Shown: positions 1 to 6,762 of the stretch, one piece after another
How positions within the stretch are numbered: position 1 is the first letter of the stretch
Layout of the letters: each line of letters starts with the position of its first letter
Source: a virus
DNA: 41,826 nt
Strand: one strand, 5' to 3'
IMG/VR virus record: IMGVR_UViG_3300029743_000011
Notes under the pieces: generated by a model
Told to the model about the DNA's origin: nothing
Seen by the model: the letters and a program-made list of their open reading frames with translations, nothing else
The model's database searches: none
Program-made: the position numbers and the translations under genes

Positions 1-99
1 GCTGTTTGACGAGGAAAGACATGGAAACCGTCATCTATCAGGCAAATCTCGGAAGGGAGAACGCAAAAATCGCGCAACTGTATTTTGTGGATAAGTTAC
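1..99. repeat. Terminal direct repeat, copy 1 (assembly overlap of a circular molecule)
   Basis: gctgtttgacgaggaaagacatggaaacc...ttttgtggataagttac is identical to 41728-41826. Confidence 0.9.
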
Positions 100-209
100 C
101 ACAGGTAGACGTTGCCACAGAGCTGTATCTTGGACGCGCTACGGTGCAACGCCGCCTGCCGGGTATCGTGCGGGAGATGCAGCGCACATCCAAAAAACTG
201 TATAACTGA
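6..209 (+). CDS. Sigma-70 region-4-like HTH protein, C-terminal part (same gene as 41688..41826)
   Basis: NAKIAQLYFVDKLPQVDVATELYLGRATVQRRLPGIVREM resembles a sigma region 4 / phage late-regulator HTH. The stop at 207-209 is followed by a terminator. Confidence 0.65.
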   Translation: MTRKDMETVIYQANLGRENAKIAQLYFVDKLPQVDVATELYLGRATVQRRLPGIVREMQRTSKKLYN

Positions 210-210
210 G

Positions 211-242
211 ATAAGCGCCGGTTTCTCGGCGCTTATTTTTTT
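211..242 (+). terminator. Rho-independent terminator
   Basis: 10-bp stem ataagcgccg / cggcgcttat, 6-nt loop, then T6. Confidence 0.8.
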
Positions 243-262
243 ATATTTTTGCAAAAAAGTAC

Positions 263-291
263 TTGACATATAGTGTTTAATACTATATAAT
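263..291 (+). promoter_or_regulatory. Consensus sigma-70/SigA-type promoter
   Basis: TTGACA (263-268), exactly 17 nt spacer, TATAAT (286-291). Sits 45 nt upstream of the first accessory gene. Confidence 0.75.
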
Positions 292-335
292 AAGGCCATA
301 AGATAAAGCAAGGCGAAAGCCGGGAGGGAATAAAA

Positions 336-704
336 ATGGAAACCAAGAAAATCGATACGAAGAAACTTTACTACGCCTCGAATAAACTCAGTACTTTCGA
401 AAGCAGGATTTATGCGGAGGTGGAAACGGCGCACAAGTTTATGTGCGAAGGGTTTATCACGGAAACTGAATTCGCGGCGATCAGAGCAGACCGCGAAAAG
501 AAAATGGCACCGTATAAAGACGGAGCCGATCTGCTGACCCGCTTCGCGAATGCCGTGAACGCGCAGGTTTACATGGACGAAACCGGCGATATCATGGCAG
601 AGATGATGGTTGCGAATTCGGAGCCCGTTGAGAGTTTCGACCTTGAGGCTGTAAAAGCAGCCTTGCGCCGCGCGGCGGACCTCGACGACCCCATGCCTTG
701 CTGA
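336..704 (+). CDS. Hypothetical acidic protein (accessory operon gene 1)
   Basis: ATG follows a GGGAGGG RBS. 122 aa. No motif recognised. Confidence 0.6.
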   Translation: METKKIDTKKLYYASNKLSTFESRIYAEVETAHKFMCEGFITETEFAAIRADREKKMAPYKDGADLLTRFANAVNAQVYMDETGDIMAEMMVANSEPVESFDLEAVKAALRRAADLDDPMPC

Positions 705-718
705 TTGGAGGCGGAACT

Positions 719-1201
719 ATGCAGAGCGATTCGCAGCGCCGCGCCACTGCAAAGTGGCAGGCCGAAAACATGACAAACGTCGCCGCTAGAGTGCGGCGTG
801 AGCTTGCTGAAGAATTTAAGGCGGCAGCAAAAGAGGACGGGACAACACCCAATGAGCTCCTGCGGGGCTGGATTGGTGAGTATATAAACAGGGAGGTGAC
901 GACTATGACAACCGAGCAGATTCAGGCGCTCGCCGTGATCTTTGCGATCTGCCGCAAGGCCACAAATACAAGGAGCCAGAGCGACATCGACAACGCGCAG
1001 AGATTCCCCATCAAGTGGGCGACCATTATGGTCCGCAAGCTCCACGCGATGGGCAAGGCAACGGACGATATCGACCGCGCAATCGCCGAGCAGTACGGCA
1101 AAATCGACATCGATACGTTTACGGCCAACTTTGACAAATGCCTCACACTCGAGCAGCAAGGCGTTTGGAGCATAGCATATTTTAAAGAGATGACGAGATA
1201 A
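719..1201 (+). CDS. Ribbon-helix-helix (CopG/Arc-like) N-terminal domain protein (accessory gene 2)
   Basis: ATG 719 follows GGAGG (706-710). RRATAKWQAENMTNVAARVRRELAEEFKAAAKEDGTTPNELLRGWI fits a strand-helix-helix pattern. The C-terminal ~100 aa are unassigned. Confidence 0.5.
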   Translation: MQSDSQRRATAKWQAENMTNVAARVRRELAEEFKAAAKEDGTTPNELLRGWIGEYINREVTTMTTEQIQALAVIFAICRKATNTRSQSDIDNAQRFPIKWATIMVRKLHAMGKATDDIDRAIAEQYGKIDIDTFTANFDKCLTLEQQGVWSIAYFKEMTR

Positions 1202-1243
1202 GCAAAATTGAGGCACAACTGAGGCACACGAAAATACGAAAAA

Positions 1244-1282
1244 GCCCATACTGGACACATCAAAGGAGTGTTCGGTATGGGC
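1244..1282 (+). promoter_or_regulatory. Hairpin enclosing the RBS and start codon of the next gene
   Basis: gcccatac (1244-1251) pairs with gtatgggc (1275-1282). The loop holds AAAGGAG and the right arm holds ATG 1277. Flanked by an A-run and a T-run. Confidence 0.45.
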
Positions 1283-1660
1283 TTTTCTTATTTCAATCCG
1301 AATCCGGAAGGCAAGCAGGTCGGAGACTGTACCGTCCGGGCGATCTCAAAAGCAACGGGCAAGAGCTGGGATGAAACATACGTTGGGCTTTGCCTACAAG
1401 GGTTGAAGATGGGAGACATGCCATCGTCAAACAGTGTCTGGGGCGCGTACCTCCGGCAACAGGGATTTACCCGGAACGTTGTGCCGAACACATGCCCAGA
1501 CTGCTATACGGTCGAGGAATTCGCAAGAGACCATCCGCGCGGCGTGTATGTACTCGCTCTATCGAGCCACGTAGTGTGCGTAGAGGACGGAAAGTATTTC
1601 GATAGCTGGAATTCCGGGAACGAAATCCCGCTGTTCTACTGGGAAAAGGAGGATAAATGA
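1277..1660 (+). CDS. Papain-like (C39-like) Cys-His fold protein, putative peptidase (accessory gene 3)
   Basis: GDCTVRAISKATG (Cys), then about 80 aa later SSHVVCVEDGKYFDSWNSG (His, Asp). This resembles the C39 pattern DCG...H[YF]VV...D. Confidence 0.5.
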   Translation: MGFSYFNPNPEGKQVGDCTVRAISKATGKSWDETYVGLCLQGLKMGDMPSSNSVWGAYLRQQGFTRNVVPNTCPDCYTVEEFARDHPRGVYVLALSSHVVCVEDGKYFDSWNSGNEIPLFYWEKEDK

Positions 1661-2127
1661 TGTTTGGACAACAGCCTTATGTGTATCAGCAGCCGATTTA
1701 CAATCAACCGCCCATGATGCAGGAACCAATGATGCGTCCACAGTATCAGCCTGCGCCGTCGATGCAGTATCCGACTCCACAACCTCAGCCACAGCAACCG
1801 AGCGGTGGACAGTCTATCATCTGGGTTCCGAACGAAAAGGCGGCAAACGAATTTATCGTCGCGCCGAATAACGCCGTCACGCTCTGGGACATGAATGCGC
1901 CGGTTGTGTACGTGAAGAAAGCCGACGCAAGCGGTAAACCAGCAATGACAACGTATGACCTCGTGGAGCGCTCTACAGCCCCCGTGAGCCCCACAGCGCC
2001 GCAAACAGTGCCTACAGTGGAATACGTGACCCGCAAGGACTTTGACGAACTGGCGGCAAAGGTGGCGGCTCTGAGCGTCAAGCCCGTTAGAAAGGTGAAG
2101 GAGGCAGAAAATGAATCCACTGTTTAA
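1657..2127 (+). CDS. Gln/Pro-rich low-complexity N-terminus plus small beta-rich domain protein (accessory gene 4)
   Basis: ATGA overlap with the previous stop, RBS AAAGGAGG. First 50 aa are QQPYVYQQPIYNQPPMMQEPMM...PQPQPQQP. Confidence 0.6.
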   Translation: MMFGQQPYVYQQPIYNQPPMMQEPMMRPQYQPAPSMQYPTPQPQPQQPSGGQSIIWVPNEKAANEFIVAPNNAVTLWDMNAPVVYVKKADASGKPAMTTYDLVERSTAPVSPTAPQTVPTVEYVTRKDFDELAAKVAALSVKPVRKVKEAENESTV

Positions 2128-2323
2128 TGCACTCGGCGGCGGGCGAATGCAGGGGCTGGCCGGACAGTTTCAAGGCATGGTGCAGCAGCTGCAGCAATTC
2201 GCACAGACGTTTCAGGGAGACCCGAAAGCGGAGGTTCAAAAACTTCTGCAGAGCGGGGCAATGAGTCAGCAGCAGCTAAACCAGCTGCAATCTATGGCGT
2301 ATCAGGTTAGAAACCTGATGTAA
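2111..2323 (+). CDS. Small Gln-rich helical protein (accessory gene 5)
   Basis: ATG follows a GGAGG RBS. 70 aa: MNPLFNALGGGRMQGLAGQFQGMVQQLQQF... Confidence 0.55.
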   Translation: MNPLFNALGGGRMQGLAGQFQGMVQQLQQFAQTFQGDPKAEVQKLLQSGAMSQQQLNQLQSMAYQVRNLM

Positions 2324-2386
2324 TGATTGGTTTCAATTCGTGGCCACGATTGAGATAAATTCAAATCTACGAAAGGAGAAAAAAGT

Positions 2387-3172
2387 ATGAGTCTTTCCGA
2401 TGGCGGTATCCAGCCGACCATGCCCGTTCAGCCCGCCGGAAACTATAGCGGCGGTATGGGAATGTGGGGGGATAACTGGATCTGGATTATTGTGCTCTTC
2501 CTCTTCGGCTGGGGCCGGAATGGCTGGGGCGGCAATGGTAATGGCAACGGTTCCGGCGTTGTTGACGGCTATGTCCTCGCATCCGACTTCTCGAATATCG
2601 AACGCAAGCTCGACGGCGTGAACAACGGCATCTGTGACGGCTTCTACGCCATGAACACAGGCATGCTCAATGGTTTCGCCGGCGTGACGCAGGCCGTGAC
2701 AAGCGGGTTCTCGCAGGCCGAACTTTCTCGCTGCAACCAGCAGGCGGCCTTGATGCAGATGCTCTTCCAGATGCAGATGCAGTCGCAGAACTGCTGCTGC
2801 GAGACGCGCGAAGCAATCCAGGGCGTGAACTACAACATGGCGACGCAGGCCTGTGACACGCGCAACCAGGTGCAGAACAGCACTCGCGACATCATCGACG
2901 CGATGAACTGCGGCTTCCGCAGCATCGACCAGAGATTGACGGCGCAGGAACTGGCTGCGAAGGACGCGAAGATTGCCGAGCAGAACCAGCAGCTCTTTGC
3001 GGCGCAGCTGGCGGCTTCTCAGGCGGCACAGAACGACACGCTCAAGTCCTACGTAAGTGGGCAGCTGGCGTATTACAACCCGCGCCCGGTTCCTGCATTT
3101 GAGGTTCCAGCCCCGTACCAGTATTCCGGATGTAATAACGGCTACAACTACGGTTGCAGAAACTGCGCGTAA
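2387..3172 (+). CDS. Single-pass membrane protein with Gly/Asn-rich segment, Cys-rich helical region and Gln-rich coiled coil (accessory gene 6)
   Basis: RBS AAAGGAG. Hydrophobic WIWIIVLFLFGW, then GRNGWGGNGNGNGSG. 11 Cys including NCCCE and a C-terminal CNNGYNYGCRNCA. Confidence 0.65.
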   Translation: MSLSDGGIQPTMPVQPAGNYSGGMGMWGDNWIWIIVLFLFGWGRNGWGGNGNGNGSGVVDGYVLASDFSNIERKLDGVNNGICDGFYAMNTGMLNGFAGVTQAVTSGFSQAELSRCNQQAALMQMLFQMQMQSQNCCCETREAIQGVNYNMATQACDTRNQVQNSTRDIIDAMNCGFRSIDQRLTAQELAAKDAKIAEQNQQLFAAQLAASQAAQNDTLKSYVSGQLAYYNPRPVPAFEVPAPYQYSGCNNGYNYGCRNCA

Positions 3173-3253
3173 CAACTCCACATCGTAGAGCTTTTTGTGA
3201 TGTTTTGTTGGCATCAACAAAATGTTCGGCTTACCGCCGATGCTCAAGAAACG

Positions 3254-3283
3254 CGGCGGGGCAATCGTCCCGCCGTTATTTTT
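3254..3283 (+). terminator. Rho-independent terminator inside the accessory operon
   Basis: Stem cggcggg / cccgccg, 8-nt loop, followed by ttattttt. Confidence 0.55.
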
Positions 3284-3289
3284 AACCGT

Positions 3290-3301
3290 GTCGAATTCGA
3301 C
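3290..3301. promoter_or_regulatory. Perfect 12-bp palindrome GTCGAATTCGAC
   Basis: Read directly from the sequence. Lies between the internal terminator and the RBS of the next gene. Confidence 0.35.
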
Positions 3302-3323
3302 GCATTTAGAAAGGATTGATTTT

Positions 3324-3746
3324 ATGGCAGAATTTACGAATGTAAACATTCAGACAATTGCCGCCGGGCAGAACGTGCCTCTGACGGAAACGGCGATCAG
3401 CAGCAAGCCGTGCATTGTGCATCGAGAGGGAAGCGGGCTTGTGACGCTTCGCGGGCTGACAAACCAGTGTAGGGCAGTTTTCAAAATTTCCTACGGCGGC
3501 AACATCGCCATCCCGACCGGCGGCACGGTCGAAGCGATTACCGCAGCGCTTTCCATCAACGGCGAAGCACTGGCAAGCGCTACGGCTACGGTCACTCCGG
3601 CAGCAGTCGAGAATTATTTTAATATCTACGTCTCTGCACAGGTCTGCGTACCGAAGGGCTGCTGTGTGACGGTAGGTATGCGTAATACAAGTACGCAGGC
3701 GGTCAATTTCGCGAACAGCAATTTGACCGTCGAGAGAGTAGCATGA
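3324..3746 (+). CDS. BclA C-terminal / C1q-TNF-like beta-sandwich protein, putative (accessory gene 7)
   Basis: ATG 3324 follows AAAGGA. The upstream in-frame ATG 3222 would read through a terminator. The strand-rich pattern (VTLRG...FKISYGGNIAIP...ALSINGEAL...VCVPKGCCVTVGMRNTS...NLTVERV) resembles exosporium BclA-C/BxpB-type domains. Confidence 0.45.
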   Translation: MAEFTNVNIQTIAAGQNVPLTETAISSKPCIVHREGSGLVTLRGLTNQCRAVFKISYGGNIAIPTGGTVEAITAALSINGEALASATATVTPAAVENYFNIYVSAQVCVPKGCCVTVGMRNTSTQAVNFANSNLTVERVA

Positions 3747-3760
3747 AGGGAGGAAGGAAT

Positions 3761-4132
3761 ATGTACGATTTAAGAAATCTTCGGGAAATGCTCTGCAAGG
3801 AGCTGGACGATATCGCCGACAAGCGCGAAATGTCCGCTGGCGATCTGGATGCCATCCAGAAGCTTACCAGTTCCATCAAGAACACCTACAAAATCGAAAT
3901 GCTCGAGGACGGCGGGTACTCCCGTGACGGCGAGTGGGAAGCGGACATGCGTGGCACGTATGGGCGTGGCAGCTCCTACCGTGGCAGGCATCGCGATTCT
4001 ATGGGGCGGTATAGCCGGACAGATGCTCGGGAACATATGCGCTCGACGCTGGAAGACATGATGCGCGACGCGGACGATGATAAGACGCGCGATGCTATCC
4101 GCCGCTGCATGGAGCAGATTGACAGAGCATAA
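3761..4132 (+). CDS. Charged Arg/Ser/Tyr/Gly/Asp-rich protein (accessory gene 8)
   Basis: ATG 3761 lies 7 nt after GGGAGG. An alternative ATG at 3743 overlaps the previous stop. Central GTYGRGSSYRGRHRDSMGRYSR. Confidence 0.6.
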   Translation: MYDLRNLREMLCKELDDIADKREMSAGDLDAIQKLTSSIKNTYKIEMLEDGGYSRDGEWEADMRGTYGRGSSYRGRHRDSMGRYSRTDAREHMRSTLEDMMRDADDDKTRDAIRRCMEQIDRA

Positions 4133-4144
4133 GGAGGGAAAGAC

Positions 4145-4492
4145 ATGCTGGATGAAGCCGAAATCCGAAAGGAAATAGCACGGCTGGAATACGAAGAATC
4201 CAGCTATCCCAATTATGCCAAACTGGCGAACCTATATGTGATACGCGACAAGATGCAGGAAGAGGAACGGGGCGACGGCGGTAGGTATGTGGGTTACTAC
4301 TCCGGCGCTCCCGCTCCTGTTACCGCGCAACCGGCTACCGTGGGCGAGTACGGGGACAGTGAGTTTTTGCTTTCGGTAGCTGGTAAAGACCCGGCAAAGG
4401 CTTGGACGGTCGTTGATGAACTTATGGACACATTATCGCTTGTGAACCGAAAAGTCTATGATTCCGTGCTTCGGAAAATAAAGTCCATGTAG
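4145..4492 (+). CDS. Hypothetical protein (accessory gene 9)
   Basis: ATG follows an AAGGAGGG RBS. 115 aa. Confidence 0.6.
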   Translation: MLDEAEIRKEIARLEYEESSYPNYAKLANLYVIRDKMQEEERGDGGRYVGYYSGAPAPVTAQPATVGEYGDSEFLLSVAGKDPAKAWTVVDELMDTLSLVNRKVYDSVLRKIKSM

Positions 4493-4529
4493 CAAAAAAC
4501 AGGGGAGTCCCCTCGCATTGTACTTAATT

Positions 4530-4551
4530 TGTAGCATACAATGTAGCATAC
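4530..4551. repeat. Two direct TGTAGCATAC repeats (putative integrase arm-type sites)
   Basis: Copies at 4530-4539 and 4542-4551. The same 10-mer recurs at 4792-4801 on the other side of the attP core. Confidence 0.6.
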
Positions 4552-4635
4552 GGGAAATGATTTTATGTTACATAGCGTTCCATAACGTGATTTTTCGCTT
4601 TTTGAAAATACGCAGAAAACAGGGTGAAAAGCATA

Positions 4636-4680
4636 AAAAAGTACCGATTTTAGCTTGAAAACAGCTAAAATCGGTACTTT
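4636..4680. terminator. Strong bidirectional rho-independent terminator
   Basis: Perfect 15-bp stem gtaccgattttagct / agctaaaatcggtac, A-run on the left and T-run on the right. Confidence 0.8.
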
Positions 4681-4744
4681 GGCGCGGAAGGAGAGATTCG
4701 AACTCTCGCTCGCTTTTTAGACGACTACTCCCTTAGCAGGGGAG
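4680..4744 (-). mobile_element. attP core: 3' portion of a tRNA-Ser(GCU) gene
   Basis: The minus strand reads CTCCC-CTGCTAA-GGGAG (anticodon arm, GCT), a long variable arm, GAGAG-TTCGAAT-CTCTC (T arm), then CTTCCGC-G-CCA. There is no D arm or 5' acceptor strand upstream. Confidence 0.75.
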
Positions 4745-4779
4745 AAAAAACCATTGAAAACACTGGGGAAATTGGCATT

Positions 4780-4801
4780 TGTAACATATTTTGTAGCATA
4801 C
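4780..4801. repeat. Arm-type repeat TGTAGCATAC plus degenerate copy TGTAACATAT
   Basis: 4792-4801 is an exact copy. 4780-4789 matches 8/10. An inverted degenerate copy (atgttacata) lies near 4564. Confidence 0.5.
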
Positions 4802-4806
4802 ATAAT

Positions 4807-5910
4807 TCACTCTGGCGAGTCGTTTTGCAACTGATTTACGGCATCGACCATGCCTTTCATGTCCGGGTGTACGTACCGTTGGGTAGTCGTTATCTTCGTG
4901 TGGCGCATGATTTCCTTGATCGTAAACGGGTCGATGTTTTTCATCGCGAGGGCTGTAGCAGTTGTATGGCGGCATGAGTAAGGGGGCAGCTTTTGCACTC
5001 CGGCAAGCTCCAAACACTCATAATATCTCTTGTAAAAATTATCTTTGTTTATGCAGCAGATATTTCCGACGCGCGACTTGCTTTCTTCGCATAGTTCATG
5101 CAGCACCGGCGCAACGAAATCCGGGAAGACCATAGGCGTTTCCTTCCGCTTCTTTGTCTTTATGCCGCCTCGGACGATCTCATTTTTCTCAAAGTCAATC
5201 ATGTCCTTCTTGAGCTTCAGAAGCTCACCAGGCATCATACCGGTATAGATCATCGTAAGGATAAAACCGACAAAGTGGTCTTTTGCATACGCTTCCCATA
5301 GCTTTTTTACGTCGGCGTCGGTGAACGGCTCCGGCGTTTTTTCTTCAAGCTCCGGAAGCTTTATGTACTTTGCAAGATTCACGGTAGTCTGCTTTTCGGC
5401 AATCGCGAGATTGTAGCAATGGGAAAGGACTGTTTTCATGTCCTTCCGCGTGTAATAGGTGCTGGCATTGCGGTCAACAATGTCCTGTATCTGCGCGATG
5501 GTAAGCGCGTCGATCTCACGGTCGGCGATTTCTCTCATGCGATCGAAAGCCTTTTCCGCCGCTCCCTGACGGTCAGCCGATAAGGATAAATAATCCCCAC
5601 GCAGATACGTTTTGTAGTATTCCCTGAGTGTAGGGCTACGCCGCTCTTCCTTCGGCGGGTTGGCGGCATATTGGAGCGCGGCACGCTTTGACGTAAAGCC
5701 TCCCTTTGTCTTCATCTTTTGATGGAGCTTGTCATTTTCGTCAAGGTACGTCTTTTCAGTCCACCGGGCAGTCCACGTCTTCCCACGCTGGTAGGCGCTT
5801 CCTTGCCCGTTCCCGCGTGTCCGGTTTCGATGCGCTTCTTGTTTTTTGCCGCACCAGCAACAGTAAGGCGCGCCGTCAGGAATTTCTTTTTTACACTTTA
5901 TGCACTCCAT
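4807..5910 (-). CDS. int: Tyrosine integrase with N-terminal zinc ribbon
   Basis: ATG 5910 follows GGAGGG. N-terminal CIKCKK...CCWCG. C-terminal ...YSCRHTTAT...MRHTKITTTQRYVH carries the R/H-x-x-R/Y catalytic signature. Confidence 0.9.
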   Translation of the reverse strand: MECIKCKKEIPDGAPYCCWCGKKQEAHRNRTRGNGQGSAYQRGKTWTARWTEKTYLDENDKLHQKMKTKGGFTSKRAALQYAANPPKEERRSPTLREYYKTYLRGDYLSLSADRQGAAEKAFDRMREIADREIDALTIAQIQDIVDRNASTYYTRKDMKTVLSHCYNLAIAEKQTTVNLAKYIKLPELEEKTPEPFTDADVKKLWEAYAKDHFVGFILTMIYTGMMPGELLKLKKDMIDFEKNEIVRGGIKTKKRKETPMVFPDFVAPVLHELCEESKSRVGNICCINKDNFYKRYYECLELAGVQKLPPYSCRHTTATALAMKNIDPFTIKEIMRHTKITTTQRYVHPDMKGMVDAVNQLQNDSPE

Positions 5911-6466
5911 GTTTCCCTCCACGTTCTTTCCGGATTGCATAGAAAGTAATCGCCGAAGCCAGCGCTGAACCTACGATCAGGGCAATGCAAACCCATGCGG
6001 CCACGGACAAATCTCCATCGCGAATGAGACCTGTGCTTCGAATCTGCGCATCCGTCACAAGGCAGGCAATCAAAGAAAAGGAGAGCAGCATACAAAACAG
6101 GGCGAGGACGTAACACATTGTATGTGTAGACCTTATCTGTGCGCTCTGCACTGCCGCTGTTGCCTCCAGCTTGGCGTTTTCAATCTCGACATGATGGATC
6201 TGCTCGGTCAGCTCTTCCGGGCTTTCTGCGGGCTGAACAAGCCCGAACAGTTCATCCAGCGACAGCCCGAGAACGCGGCACAGCGCGGCAGAATTGTACA
6301 GTTTCGGGTCTTGCTGTGTTCCTGCGCAGAGCTTCGTCACAGCCGATCTGGAAACGCCGGATTCCTCGACAAGTCTGTCGATGGTGTAATGCTGATCTTC
6401 TTTCGCCCGCTTGATGTTCCCCTGATATGCAGAAATATATGGGGCGAGTTCCTGAATTGCTGACAT
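5891..6466 (-). CDS. XRE-family HTH protein with coiled coil and two C-terminal transmembrane helices (repressor-like)
   Basis: GGAGG RBS. HTH region IDRLVEESGVSRSAVTKLCAG. TM segments CYVLALFCMLLSFSLIACLV and AAWVCIALIVGSALASAITFYAI. The 3' end overlaps the int start by 20 nt. Confidence 0.8.
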   Translation of the reverse strand: MSAIQELAPYISAYQGNIKRAKEDQHYTIDRLVEESGVSRSAVTKLCAGTQQDPKLYNSAALCRVLGLSLDELFGLVQPAESPEELTEQIHHVEIENAKLEATAAVQSAQIRSTHTMCYVLALFCMLLSFSLIACLVTDAQIRSTGLIRDGDLSVAAWVCIALIVGSALASAITFYAIRKERGGKHGVHKV

Positions 6467-6762
6467 GATATACCTCCGTTTTCACATATATTTCGCTGAT
6501 TTTTCCGCCACTGGTATGATTTTACCAATTTGAGGGTGGACATTTCTGCCGCTTTTGCTATGCTGGTTGCAGGCGCGTGAGAAAGCCCCACCGCCGGGGG
6601 AGCGACGGTGGGGCGATCTTAAACATTCCATTATACAAAATAGTCTGTCCCATAATTGCCGCTTACGAGGGTTGCCGGACGAAGAAAATGCAAGGTGTTC
6701 TTTGTGGAAGATTCCAAATTGAAATTACTGAACGAACGTTCTAAAATATGGAGGTACACCAA

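Noticed and set aside
3222-3323. Upstream extension of the C1q-like gene
   Set aside because: The extension would translate through an intrinsic terminator and a palindrome, and it lacks an RBS. ATG 3324 has one.
2333-3349. 338-aa minus-strand ORF
   Set aside because: It is antisense to a plus-strand gene that has an RBS and coherent domain features. It is Arg/Leu/Val-rich with no motif, and looks like a typical shadow ORF in GC-rich coding DNA.
4680-4744. A functional tRNA-Ser gene
   Set aside because: Only the anticodon arm, variable arm, T arm and 3' acceptor strand are present. The upstream sequence (caatggtttttt) cannot form a D arm or 5' acceptor strand. It is interpreted as the attP core.
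6586-6613. Hairpin ccccaccg / cggtgggg as a terminator
   Set aside because: There is no adequate T-run on either strand and no gene end nearby. It is left unannotated.
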